A stretch of DNA of 64,000 nt from Saprospiraceae bacterium (GCA_042095835.1 JBELML010000010.1:21186-85185); one strand, 5' to 3'. Shown: positions 1 to 9,825, counted from the stretch's first letter. A program made the numbers and translations. Notes: generated by a model not told the origin, from the sequence alone.

Positions 1-3000
1 GCCTCTAATTATAGCTTTAAAAATACAAGTGTACTACAAGATGGTGCCCTCTTTAAGATGTCTATCACTACTACTGGTCTATATAAATTAAGCTATGATT
101 ATCTAAAAGATGAACTGGGCGTAGACATTGATAATATCGACCCAAGAAATATTCAAATTTTTTCTAACAAAGGAGGTCTAGCTCCTGAAATCATCGGCGA
201 TCAACCTTTAGACGATCTGCTAGAGCTGCCCATTCTAATAGAAGGAGAAGCTGATGGCAGTTTTGACAATAATGATTACCTAATTTTCTATGCCCAAGGG
301 CCTGATGTTTGGAGATTCAACGAGGAACTAGGGTATTTCGATTTTGAGAAAAACATCTACGATGAGGAGAATTATGTGTTCTTAAAAATTGGTAATAACG
401 AGGGCAGCCGTGTAGAGGAGACTCCTAATCTTAGTACCACGAATCCTCGCTTCAATAGCTTTGATGATTTTAAAGCCTTGGAAGAAGAAAAAGTCAACCT
501 CCTTCATTTTTGGGGAGAAACTACCGGAAAAGCCCAAGGGTCTGGTAGAATATGGTACGGAGATCATTTTAGAAACTTACGCTCCTACACCTATGATCAG
601 TCCTTCAACTTTCCCAACTTAGTGCGTTCTGAACCCATTCACATCAATGCGCGCATGGCACTGAGAGCAGTGCAGCGCTCCACTTTTAGCATCAGCATTG
701 ATAACCAAACCCTGACTAGTGCTAGAGCATCGCGAGTAGTCACTTTATCTGGCACCAACGACAATATCAATAATTATGCAAATACCGCCATCTTACAAGG
801 GACTACAAGCGCTAGTTCCGACAATATCAGTGTGACGGTAGAATACCCTTATCCGCAATCGACTAGCGATGGTAGTGAAGGATGGCTAGACTACATTTAT
901 ATCAATGCCAAAAGAGCTTTGGTAATGGAAGGTGCCAGCCTTGCTTTCCAGGTCATCGCCAGCAAAGACAATAGCCAAAATAACTACGCAGTAAATGAAG
1001 TCAATAGCAGCACGATTATCTGGAACATTAGTAAGCCACTAGAGCCAAATGCCCAGGCCTATTCGCTTGGTGGAAGTACCTTGATCTTTGGTACCAACCA
1101 TACCACTGGAGAAGTAGAGCGATTTGTAGCCTTTAATCCAGATCAAGTCACGAATACGCCTACTGCTTTAGGTAGTATTCCAAACCAGAACCTACACGCC
1201 ATAAGCGATATTGATATGCTCATCGTTGCTAGTTCGGAACTTCTGGCAGAAGCAGAAGTTTTAGCCAACCACCGTAGAGAATATTCCAAACTCAGCGTAG
1301 CGGTAGTAGATGCCGACCAGGTATACAACGAGTTTGCTTCTGGGAGACGCGAACCGACTGCAATCAGAGATATGGCTAGAATGCTATACAATAGGGATAC
1401 TAGTAATTTCAGGTATTTGTTGCTTTTTGGAGATGGTTCATTTGACCATAAAGACATATATGGTCTTGGTAATAATGTTTTGCCCACCTATCAACAAGAG
1501 TCTTTCAATCCATTATATGCTTTCCCTGCCGATGATTACTATAGCTTGGTTACAGCGGGCAATACAAATCCCTTGCGCGGTTCTTTGAAGCTGGCCGTCG
1601 GTCGAATCCCAATTTCAAAGACACTACAAGCCCAGCAAATGGTGAATAAGATCATCCAATATGATCAGAATCCTTCGGCATTTCAGGAATGGCGCAATCG
1701 CATGGTCTTTGTAGCCGATGATGAAGATAGCAACCTTCACCTGATTGATGCAGATAAAATTGCTGATGACTTTTCTGAGCGCTTTCCTGCCTACAACCTT
1801 AATAAAATATACCTAGATGCTTTTCCACAAGTATCTACTCCTGGTGGGAATCGGTTCCCAGATGTAACGGAAGCTTTGAATCAAGCCATTTTCCAGGGCA
1901 GTTTAGTCGTTACTTATTTAGGACACGGTGGGGAAAATGGTTGGGCGCAGGAGAGAGTGCTGAATATTTCTGACATTCAGAGTTGGGACAATATCAATCA
2001 AATGCCACTTCTGATGACTGCGACTTGTTCTTTTACAGGCTATGACGATCCAACTTTTGTCTCTGCGGGTGAAGAAGCGTTTCTTAATCCTAAAGGCGGA
2101 GCTTTTGCTTTGATGACGACTGTTCGGGCGGTTTTTGCCAACCAGAATGCAGACCTCACCGAAGAAACTTTAGATCAGCTATTTATCCAAGAGAATGGAC
2201 GTTTCCCGACGCTTGGAGAGGCCATGATCAAAGCCAAAAATAATCTACCTAATAATAGTGTGACCAATAATTCCAGGAAATTCACCCTCATTGGGGATCC
2301 TGCCCAGCATTTAGCTATACCTGAGTATACTATCAAAACCAGCTCTATTGATGGCAGAGATATCGAAGCTAATCAGGAGACCTTGGACACTTTGGGGGCA
2401 CTACAGCGGGTAAAAATCACCGGTGAGGTCGTTGATGTCAATGGAAATACTTTGAGTGGTTTCAATGGGATCATTTATCCTTCGGTATTTGATAAAAAAT
2501 TAACGCTCAAGACACTTGGCCAAGATCAAGGCAGTCGAGTTCGAGAATATGAGGTGCAGCAAAGCGTAATTTTTAAAGGTAGGGCAAGTGTACAAAATGG
2601 TCGATTCGAATTCACCTTTATTGTACCCAAGGATATCAACTACACCTTCGGTCCTGGTAAAATCAGCTACTATGCCTCCGATGGCAGCCAATTAATGGAT
2701 GCCAATGGAGACTTTGAAAACATCATTATCGGTGGTAGTAGAGCAGATGAAATCGATGATAATGAAGGCCCACTAGTCGATGTTTTTATGAATACAGAGG
2801 ATTTTGTCTTTGGTGGTATTACCGATGCCAACCCTACCCTATTGGTTAAATTGGAGGACGATTTTGGTATTAATGTTGTAGGCAATAGCATTGGTCATGA
2901 TCTCGAAGCTATATTAGATGATGATAGCCAGAATGCGATTGTATTAAATGACTTTTTCCAATCGGAGCTCAATGATTTCACCAAAGGAGAGGTCAGGTTT

Positions 3001-3441
3001 CCACTTGAGCAATTAGAAGAAGGCTTGCACAGCATCCGAGTGAAAGCTTGGGATGTGGCTAATAATTCTTCGGAGGGCTATACCGAATTTTTAGTAGCAG
3101 AATCAGAAGGCTTTATTCTAGAGCATGTCTTGAATTATCCGAATCCTTTTACAGACCGTACTTGCTTCCAGTTCGACCACAACAATGCGGGTCAGAATAT
3201 GGATGTATTGATACAAATCTTTACGGTATCTGGAAGATTGGTAAAAACACTAGAAGCCAACCTCTTTTCAGATGGTGCGATTCGGCAAGATGACTGTATC
3301 GAGTGGGATGGTAGAGATGATTTTGGAGACCCACTAGCGAAGGGCGTTTACCTGTATAAAGTAAAAGTGCGCGCTAATATCCTAGGTGGAGACCCCATCA
3401 AAGGAGAAAGCACTTTTCAGAAGTTGGTGTTATTGAAATAA
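1..3441 (+). CDS. porU: Type IX secretion C-terminal signal peptidase/sortase PorU, N-terminus off the left window edge
   Basis: Frame 1 is open from nt 1, with no stop before the ATG at 58. The upstream residues ASNYSFKNTSVLQDGALFK continue the protein. There is a gingipain/C25-like core with His/Cys context (VTYLGHGGENGW, LLMTATCSFTGYDD) and a type-A T9SS CTD at the C-terminus (NYPNPFTDRTCFQF...GVYLYKVKV). porV lies directly downstream. Confidence 0.85.
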   Translation, partial: ASNYSFKNTSVLQDGALFKMSITTTGLYKLSYDYLKDELGVDIDNIDPRNIQIFSNKGGLAPEIIGDQPLDDLLELPILIEGEADGSFDNNDYLIFYAQGPDVWRFNEELGYFDFEKNIYDEENYVFLKIGNNEGSRVEETPNLSTTNPRFNSFDDFKALEEEKVNLLHFWGETTGKAQGSGRIWYGDHFRNLRSYTYDQSFNFPNLVRSEPIHINARMALRAVQRSTFSISIDNQTLTSARASRVVTLSGTNDNINNYANTAILQGTTSASSDNISVTVEYPYPQSTSDGSEGWLDYIYINAKRALVMEGASLAFQVIASKDNSQNNYAVNEVNSSTIIWNISKPLEPNAQAYSLGGSTLIFGTNHTTGEVERFVAFNPDQVTNTPTALGSIPNQNLHAISDIDMLIVASSELLAEAEVLANHRREYSKLSVAVVDADQVYNEFASGRREPTAIRDMARMLYNRDTSNFRYLLLFGDGSFDHKDIYGLGNNVLPTYQQESFNPLYAFPADDYYSLVTAGNTNPLRGSLKLAVGRIPISKTLQAQQMVNKIIQYDQNPSAFQEWRNRMVFVADDEDSNLHLIDADKIADDFSERFPAYNLNKIYLDAFPQVSTPGGNRFPDVTEALNQAIFQGSLVVTYLGHGGENGWAQERVLNISDIQSWDNINQMPLLMTATCSFTGYDDPTFVSAGEEAFLNPKGGAFALMTTVRAVFANQNADLTEETLDQLFIQENGRFPTLGEAMIKAKNNLPNNSVTNNSRKFTLIGDPAQHLAIPEYTIKTSSIDGRDIEANQETLDTLGALQRVKITGEVVDVNGNTLSGFNGIIYPSVFDKKLTLKTLGQDQGSRVREYEVQQSVIFKGRASVQNGRFEFTFIVPKDINYTFGPGKISYYASDGSQLMDANGDFENIIIGGSRADEIDDNEGPLVDVFMNTEDFVFGGITDANPTLLVKLEDDFGINVVGNSIGHDLEAILDDDSQNAIVLNDFFQSELNDFTKGEVRFPLEQLEEGLHSIRVKAWDVANNSSEGYTEFLVAESEGFILEHVLNYPNPFTDRTCFQFDHNNAGQNMDVLIQIFTVSGRLVKTLEANLFSDGAIRQDDCIEWDGRDDFGDPLAKGVYLYKVKVRANILGGDPIKGESTFQKLVLLK

Positions 3442-3723
3442 TGTTAGCAATGGTGTCCACCATTTAATCATTACAACATTATTCATCTACCGAAGCTTTA
3501 GCGTAGGTAGGCAACAATCGTCTCTTGCATCAAATTAGTCTTAAAAAAATGTTAATAAAAATGAGAAATAAGATAATAAGCCTAGGAAAAAAACGTAAGA
3601 TGTAGGAATGTTTCCCGAAGTCAAAAATATGGCAAGGCTTTTGATATCTAGTTGATTAAGCCCTGTTGTTAAACCATATTCCTAAGTGATTTTAATGAAG
3701 GAGAAGCACTTGGAATAAAGAAC

Positions 3724-3731
3724 TATATTTG
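3724..3731 (+). promoter_or_regulatory. Candidate Bacteroidota -7 promoter box (TATATTTG, matches TAnnTTTG) for porV
   Basis: Exact match to the TAnnTTTG consensus, 28 nt upstream of the ATG at 3759, inside the 287-nt porU-porV spacer. Confidence 0.4.
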
Positions 3732-3758
3732 CAAAAAAAATTTAAAAAGATACCTTCC

Positions 3759-4973
3759 ATGAAGAATTTACTACTTTGTTTAGGGTTGATGATTGTTGCA
3801 GTGATAATTACCACAACCGATTTAAAAGCCCAGTGTATACCAAGTGACAATGGACTAATCAATCAAGACGGAACGCCTTGTATCAATACCGTAGTTACGG
3901 CCGTTCCTTTTCTAAGAATTGTTGCTGACGCTCGCTCGGGTGCGATGGGCGATGTAGGTATTGGATTAACGCCTGATGCCAACGCTATGCATTTTAATGC
4001 CTCCAAACTGGTTTTCGCAGAAGAAGATTTAGGTGTATCTGCTACTTATACGCCTTGGTTAAGAGCATTAGGTCTTAATGATGTATACCTAGCTTATCTG
4101 ACTGGCTACAATAAATTGAGTGACGACCAGGCCGTAGGCTTTGGACTTCGGTACTTCTCTTTGGGTAGCATTCAGTTCACCGATCCCAATGGACAACCAT
4201 TAAATACTGGACGTCCCAATGAGTTCGAAGTTTCTGTTGCTTACGCTAGAAAGCTAACCGAAAGATTCTCCGCAGCTATCACCGGTAAATTCATTTACTC
4301 CAACCTGGCAGCAGGACAGATCGTAGATGGAGAAACTATCGAACCCGGAGTTGCTGGCGCGGCAGATATTTCGCTAACCTATGTAACGCCTATTGAATTG
4401 AACAATGCAGAGTCTGAGTTGACAGTAGGGATGGCCATGACCAATATAGGATCTAAAATCACCTATACCAACTCCTTGAATCGCGACTTTTTACCTGCGA
4501 ACTTTGGCATTGGTGCCGGTTGGAAAATTGATATGGATGAATACAACTCTATCACTTTTGCAGCTGATATCAACAAGCTACTGGTACCTACACCATGCCA
4601 GGGCTTAGACTGTGATGAGAATAACGATGGTGTTCCTGATTTCAAGGATGAGTCTCCTATTGGTGCCATTTTTTCCAGTTGGTCTGATGCGCCAGAAGGT
4701 TTTTCTGAGGAGCTGAGAGAGTTGATGTACAGTGTAGGTGTTGAATATTGGTACGATCAGCAATTTGCTGTGAGAGCAGGTTACTTTAACGAGCATCGTC
4801 AGAAAGGGAACCGTAAATTCTTTACCGTAGGTTTGGGATTGAAATACAACATCTTCGGTTTAAATTTCTCTTATTTAATTCCGACGACCAACCAGCGTAA
4901 CCCACTAGACAACACTTTACGTTTCTCTCTACTATTCAACTTTGGAGAGTTGGATACTTTGAGTGACAACTAG
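3759..4973 (+). CDS. porV: Type IX secretion outer-membrane shuttle/channel protein PorV (LptO)
   Basis: The signal peptide MKNLLLCLGLMIVAVIITTTDLKAQ begins at the ATG at 3759; the ORF-track start at 3729 is a TTG inside the promoter box. The PorV signature TAVPFLRIVADARSGAMGDVGIG is present. The protein has beta-barrel character with an aromatic C-terminal end, and it is adjacent to porU. Confidence 0.85.
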   Translation: MKNLLLCLGLMIVAVIITTTDLKAQCIPSDNGLINQDGTPCINTVVTAVPFLRIVADARSGAMGDVGIGLTPDANAMHFNASKLVFAEEDLGVSATYTPWLRALGLNDVYLAYLTGYNKLSDDQAVGFGLRYFSLGSIQFTDPNGQPLNTGRPNEFEVSVAYARKLTERFSAAITGKFIYSNLAAGQIVDGETIEPGVAGAADISLTYVTPIELNNAESELTVGMAMTNIGSKITYTNSLNRDFLPANFGIGAGWKIDMDEYNSITFAADINKLLVPTPCQGLDCDENNDGVPDFKDESPIGAIFSSWSDAPEGFSEELRELMYSVGVEYWYDQQFAVRAGYFNEHRQKGNRKFFTVGLGLKYNIFGLNFSYLIPTTNQRNPLDNTLRFSLLFNFGELDTLSDN

Positions 4974-4991
4974 TAACGATTTTTTTATAAG

Positions 4992-5036
4992 AAAGCAAAA
5001 AGGGCTAGATCAGTTGATCTAGCCCTTTTTGCTTTT
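4992..5036 (+). terminator. Rho-independent terminator after porV
   Basis: Perfect 20-bp inverted repeat aaagcaaaaagggctagatc / gatctagccctttttgcttt with a 4-nt loop, followed by T residues. Confidence 0.8.
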
Positions 5037-5086
5037 GGAACTTTTTAATCGTAAATTGTATTGATTAGATCGTATAAACCCTAGCG

Positions 5087-7147
5087 ATGAAAAAATCACT
5101 ACCCGCAATTAGTCCCGCTTTCAAAGCGCAGCTTCGTTGGGCTATTTTTGGCTTGAGCGTATTTGTCTTTAGCTATTTTTTCCTATTGTTGCTTGCCTTT
5201 GCCATTATTGCTTTGAGCGTCTTGGTAGGTATCTATATTGTTTCTGCCGAACCTGGGCTATGGACGATTCTCATTGCCGTAGGAATGGTGATTACTTCCT
5301 GTTTTTTGGTATTCTTTCTTATTAAATTTTTATTTAAATCTCAGCAAGCAGACCGCTCTCACCTCATTGAGATCCAAGAAAAAGATGCCCCCTATTTATA
5401 TGAAATGATCAGAGAATTAGTAGCACAAGTAGGGACTAATTTTCCCAAAAAGATTTATATCAGCCCTGAAGTTAATGCGGGTGTGTTTTATGATTCTAGT
5501 TTTTGGAGTATGTTTTTGCCCGTAAGAAAGAATCTCCAGATCGGCTTAGGACTCCTGAATGCAGTAACCGACCAAGAACTGAAGGCCATTTTAGCCCACG
5601 AATTTGGGCATTTTTCTCAAGGCTCTATGAAGGTGGGTAGCTTTGTACATCAATTCAATAAAATCATCCATAATCTCCTTTATGATAATGATGGTTTCCA
5701 AGAAGCTTTGAATAAGCTGAGCAACGTGAGTTGGGTCTTTGATATTTTCGTTTATCTCGCTCTTTGGGTCGTTCGTTTTTTTCAGTGGATTTTAAAAGGC
5801 GTCTACAATTTCATGAACAAAGCTTACCTCGGACTATCCAGACAAATGGAATTCCATGCAGATGCTATCGCTGCTACCGTAGTCGCGCCACAAGCCCTCA
5901 TCAACTCCCTTCTCCGACTAGACCTTACCGACCAGTCTTATCAATCTGTTTTATATTATTATAATGGAAAATTAGAGCAGAAAGTAGGTACTAAAAACTT
6001 TTATACCCAACAACTACTAGTGATGAATCACCTCGCTCAAACTCAACAATTGGGTTTCAAAAATGGGCTTCCTGATGTTCGCTTGAATGATTTCAGAGCA
6101 CAGCAAAACTCAAAAATCAATTTCGAAGACCAATGGGCTTCTCATCCCAATCTAGAAGATCGCATTAAGCACTTAAACACTTTCGACAAAAACGAATCCC
6201 AGCCTACGGAACAGCCCGTAAGAAGCAGGATTCCTAATATTTTACAATGGGAAGAAAAAGCTACCCAGGATGCCTTTAAACAAATTTATAGAAAGGGAAT
6301 CCAAGAGTGGATCACTGATCCAATGTTTGAACAAGAATATCAAGAGCAGCAGATCGCCTACCAATTCCCCAAGCTATTCAATGGATATTTTGATCGCTAT
6401 AATCTATTTTTTGTCCCAATAGAAGAGCGCGTATTCGACCATGCCAAGCGCTATTCCGGTACTCCTCCCATCTTTAATAAAGATCAAATCAATAAGACAC
6501 ATCAGTATAAGACCTTGGAGAATGATATTGCCAACCTAGAGCAGATTAAGCAGGGCTATTTAAAAGTCAAATCTTTTGACTATGCAGGTCAAAAATACAA
6601 GGCTAAACAAGCAAAAACAATTCTCCCAACGCTCGAAAATGAAAAAGAAACCATCAAAACTGACCTCCTCAATTTTGACAAACATATTTTCTTTTATTAT
6701 TGGCAAGCACATCCGGAAGGCCAGGAAAGAGCCCAATATTTAGAAACCTATAAGGACTATGCTCACCTTGACGAGGAATTTGAAAGCTTATTTCTTGCAC
6801 ATCGCAGCATGATTCAGCATACCGATTTCTTTGCACAACAACTTCCTATTGCCACTATTGAAAAACTCCTAAAAACCTTAGCTCCAATGGAGAAAAGATT
6901 CAAGGATGCCGTCCAGGTTCTTTTGGAGTTCAAGCCCAAAGGTATTTTCCCTAATTCTGAAATCAGTACTGATCTAGAAAAATATACCGCTCAAAAATGG
7001 ACCTATTTCTTAGGCGATCGCTATGATGAGGCCGCTCTTGAAGTTTTATCAAAGGCACTGAATCATTTCCCTTTATTTCTTGATGAAGTTTATTTTCTAA
7101 TCAAAAAAAGATGGCTAGAGCAAGTAGCCAAAGCCCCACAACTGTAA
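5087..7147 (+). CDS. M48-family membrane zinc metallopeptidase with a long C-terminal extension
   Basis: Hydrophobic N-terminal helices, the HEXXH motif in LKAILAHEFGHFSQG, a downstream EFHADA segment, and about 330 aa of alpha-helical C-terminal sequence with no motif I recognise. Confidence 0.75.
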   Translation: MKKSLPAISPAFKAQLRWAIFGLSVFVFSYFFLLLLAFAIIALSVLVGIYIVSAEPGLWTILIAVGMVITSCFLVFFLIKFLFKSQQADRSHLIEIQEKDAPYLYEMIRELVAQVGTNFPKKIYISPEVNAGVFYDSSFWSMFLPVRKNLQIGLGLLNAVTDQELKAILAHEFGHFSQGSMKVGSFVHQFNKIIHNLLYDNDGFQEALNKLSNVSWVFDIFVYLALWVVRFFQWILKGVYNFMNKAYLGLSRQMEFHADAIAATVVAPQALINSLLRLDLTDQSYQSVLYYYNGKLEQKVGTKNFYTQQLLVMNHLAQTQQLGFKNGLPDVRLNDFRAQQNSKINFEDQWASHPNLEDRIKHLNTFDKNESQPTEQPVRSRIPNILQWEEKATQDAFKQIYRKGIQEWITDPMFEQEYQEQQIAYQFPKLFNGYFDRYNLFFVPIEERVFDHAKRYSGTPPIFNKDQINKTHQYKTLENDIANLEQIKQGYLKVKSFDYAGQKYKAKQAKTILPTLENEKETIKTDLLNFDKHIFFYYWQAHPEGQERAQYLETYKDYAHLDEEFESLFLAHRSMIQHTDFFAQQLPIATIEKLLKTLAPMEKRFKDAVQVLLEFKPKGIFPNSEISTDLEKYTAQKWTYFLGDRYDEAALEVLSKALNHFPLFLDEVYFLIKKRWLEQVAKAPQL

Positions 7148-7188
7148 CCTGAATACAGCTAATCGACGTCTTAGCTTTAAAAAAAATT

Positions 7189-7422
7189 ATGAGGAATCTA
7201 CTTATCCTATTGATAGCTATTGGAGCTGCATTTGCTATATTTCAGCCATTCGAGCAGCAAGGACAAAGCGATGATCCCTTCGTGGAAGCTAGTATTATCG
7301 AAGAAGATCCCAATGAGGTAGAAGCAATAAGCCTAATCGAAGAAGACCCATCAGAGGTGGAACCTGCTGGCGAGGTCGAACCCCTTGGAGAAGTTGAGCC
7401 AAAAGACGAAGTAGGATATTAA
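7189..7422 (+). CDS. Small N-terminally anchored or secreted acidic repeat protein
   Basis: Hydrophobic N-terminus (MRNLLILLIAIGAAFAIF) followed by tandem acidic repeats IIEEDPNEVEA / LIEEDPSEVEP and GEVEP x2. It has no known family, and coding status rests on ORF structure and the repeats only. Confidence 0.45.
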   Translation: MRNLLILLIAIGAAFAIFQPFEQQGQSDDPFVEASIIEEDPNEVEAISLIEEDPSEVEPAGEVEPLGEVEPKDEVGY

Positions 7423-7512
7423 GACCTTCGTATTTCGATAATCCGCAAGAATGGAAAGCTACCAAGCTTGTACAATCGCATTGATTCTGGTTCTTTTGAG
7501 CCAAAATTGTAT

Positions 7513-8238
7513 ATGCGCGCTATTAAATATTTTCTTCTTTTACTCCTGCTAGGCACAGGTCTCGACACTTACAGTCAAAAGGTAGATTCGGTCTTCATCT
7601 GTTCTGCTGAATTCACCGATACTACATTTAACAACGATCACGCTGGTAGTGGTTTTCTCATAGAACATGAGGGCAAGTATTACTTGTGTACTGCTAAGCA
7701 CGTCCTTTATTTTGCCAAGACCGACAAGATGGACGCCATCAGCTTTGGAGAAGAGTTGAAAGCTTGGAAAATGCGCAGTAAAAGTGGCGAAAAAGTACTC
7801 CTAGCTGGCCAACTTCTGAATGAAAATACCAGCGAAAAACTAAATCAACCGCTCCAAGGTGACTGGTTAATTTTTGAGTATAAGGGAGCACTCCCAGATC
7901 ATGCCGCTATTTATCAATTTCGCAGTACTCCTCTCCAAAGCAATGAGTATCTTGAATGCTTGGGCTTCCCTTATGAGCATCAAGCCGTCCAAGCGCTGCG
8001 CATCAAAGGCTCCTTTGTTGAATACAAGGATGATTGGAGTTTTGTAATGAATGTTCCCAGAGGCACCTATAATGGCTGTAGTGGAGGCCCTGTCATCGAT
8101 AAGGAGGGTCGCTTAGTAGGTCTAGTATCAATGGGCTATTATAATGAAGAGCAGCAGAAAATGATTTTTGAACCTGCGTCGATTAATTACTTTTTACAAA
8201 TCATAGATAAACAGCACCCTATATTAATTAAAAAGTAA
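7513..8238 (+). CDS. Secreted trypsin-like (S1/Trypsin_2) serine peptidase
   Basis: Signal peptide from the ATG at 7513 (MRAIKYFLLLLLLGTGLDTYSQ). Triad context is CTAKHV (His), GDWLIF (Asp) and YNGCSGGPVID (Ser). Confidence 0.7.
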   Translation: MRAIKYFLLLLLLGTGLDTYSQKVDSVFICSAEFTDTTFNNDHAGSGFLIEHEGKYYLCTAKHVLYFAKTDKMDAISFGEELKAWKMRSKSGEKVLLAGQLLNENTSEKLNQPLQGDWLIFEYKGALPDHAAIYQFRSTPLQSNEYLECLGFPYEHQAVQALRIKGSFVEYKDDWSFVMNVPRGTYNGCSGGPVIDKEGRLVGLVSMGYYNEEQQKMIFEPASINYFLQIIDKQHPILIKK

Positions 8239-8328
8239 TTTCCGGTTTTCTTATAAACTTTTTTCAGAACCTACCGTTACTACATCATCTAAAAACCCAT
8301 TTAAATAATTTACTTAAGATGTTCCTTA

Positions 8329-8486
8329 GGAATGGGGCATTAATAAAGTATACAAGATTTACACAGGTATTTTGCTGTTCAGTGAGGCAAAAAACGCAGG
8401 CGATGCAGCGCATCTACGAGGCTTTTTAACGAAACTGGGCGGCAAAAGAACAAGTAAAGATGTTTAATTTATTATTGACTCATTCC
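8329..8486. mobile_element. 158-bp MITE-like element with imperfect terminal inverted repeats
   Basis: The ends ggaatggggcattaataaagt and the reverse complement ggaatgagtcaataataaatt match at 17 of 21 positions. The element is flanked by tta on both sides. It has an A/T-rich body with a GC-rich core. There is no ORF. Confidence 0.45.
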
Positions 8487-8529
8487 TTAAAAACTTCTGA
8501 TTGTAAATTATGTAGTAGCAACAACACCA

Positions 8530-9768
8530 ATGACCCAAAATTCTCCTCGCCTACTGTTGGTAGGCCACCATATTGCTGGTTCTGGCTTTGGACGAGTCGT
8601 TCAGCATATTAGAAAAGCTGCTCTTCCTCACTTTGATGTACATCAACTTGGTCTTGGCTATCGAGGCCAAGCAACCATTACAGATGGATATCATCTCTAT
8701 CCTGAAAAATTACCTAACGAAGACAGTGGTCAATATCACTCCAAACGGATTGGACGGCTTCTGAATGAACTACAACCACACCTTTTCTTAGTCATCCACG
8801 ACTTTTTATATATTCGATTTATCCTGGAGTCCTTGAGGTATGTCCAACATCCAATGAAGACTTGCGTTTATTTAGCTTTAGATGGGAAAATTGTTAAAAC
8901 CCGTAAGATGATATCTCCTTTAAAAAAGGTAGATTCGGTTGTTCTCTATACTAACTTTGCCCGCCAACAAGTCCGTAATCTAATTACCGATTTTCCAAGT
9001 CTATTAAAAACAAAAGTTCATTTTGAGCAGATTCCACATGGAGTCGAAACGGATTTATTCTATCCAATTGGCGGAATAAAATCTATTAAAGACCAACAAG
9101 AAGGTAGAATTAGAGCCAAAAAGCAGCTATTTCCAAGCTTAGAAGAACCCGAAAAAACCTTCCTTGTTTTCAATGGCAACAGGTTAGATCCACGCAAGCG
9201 TCTCGATACTACAATTAAAGCATTTGCCCAATTTGCCAAAGGTAAATCCAAACACATCAAACTCTATTTACACACTCCTTTCAGCAGAGGAAAAATTGAG
9301 GATTTCATTATACAAATGGCTAAAAAAGAAGGCATAGAGGATCGGCTATTAAAGCTGGCTCCAGCCTATAGCCAAGGTGTTCTGGAGAATAAAACCCTCA
9401 ACTTGTTATATAACGCTGCTGACCTAGGAATAAACACCTGTGAAGGTGAAGGTTGGGGCTTGGTAAGCTGTGAGCACGCAGCAACTGGCGCGCCTCAAGT
9501 TTTGCCTGCTCATACTTCATTTCCAGAAATTTGGACTGGAGCAGCCCATTTGATTCCTCCTACGGAAACTAAAAGCGTGAACTATAGCAATCATGCCATG
9601 TACGACCTCGATGCAGCTTCCTTTGCACAAGCCATTGAGAAAATTTACACCGACAAAGTCTATCGACTACAATTAGCTGAAGCTGGATATCAACGAATGC
9701 AAACGCCTGATTATCGCTGGCAAAACATAACAAAACGCTGGGAACAACACTTATTAAGCTTTCTATAA
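8530..9768 (+). CDS. Glycosyltransferase, GT-B fold (family 1/GT4-like)
   Basis: E-x7-E region CEGEGWGLVSCEHAATGAPQV, an N-terminal Gly-rich loop LLLVGHHIAGSGFGRV, and a typical length of 412 aa. Confidence 0.75.
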   Translation: MTQNSPRLLLVGHHIAGSGFGRVVQHIRKAALPHFDVHQLGLGYRGQATITDGYHLYPEKLPNEDSGQYHSKRIGRLLNELQPHLFLVIHDFLYIRFILESLRYVQHPMKTCVYLALDGKIVKTRKMISPLKKVDSVVLYTNFARQQVRNLITDFPSLLKTKVHFEQIPHGVETDLFYPIGGIKSIKDQQEGRIRAKKQLFPSLEEPEKTFLVFNGNRLDPRKRLDTTIKAFAQFAKGKSKHIKLYLHTPFSRGKIEDFIIQMAKKEGIEDRLLKLAPAYSQGVLENKTLNLLYNAADLGINTCEGEGWGLVSCEHAATGAPQVLPAHTSFPEIWTGAAHLIPPTETKSVNYSNHAMYDLDAASFAQAIEKIYTDKVYRLQLAEAGYQRMQTPDYRWQNITKRWEQHLLSFL

Positions 9769-9782
9769 AATTTACTTTTCAC

Positions 9783-9803
9783 ATGCCCGATGGGCATTTT
9801 TTA
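9783..9803 (+). terminator. Short rho-independent terminator after the glycosyltransferase
   Basis: atgccc-gat-gggcat hairpin followed by tttttt, 15 nt after the stop codon. Confidence 0.55.
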
Positions 9804-9825
9804 ACATCTTAAATTCAATTTAATT

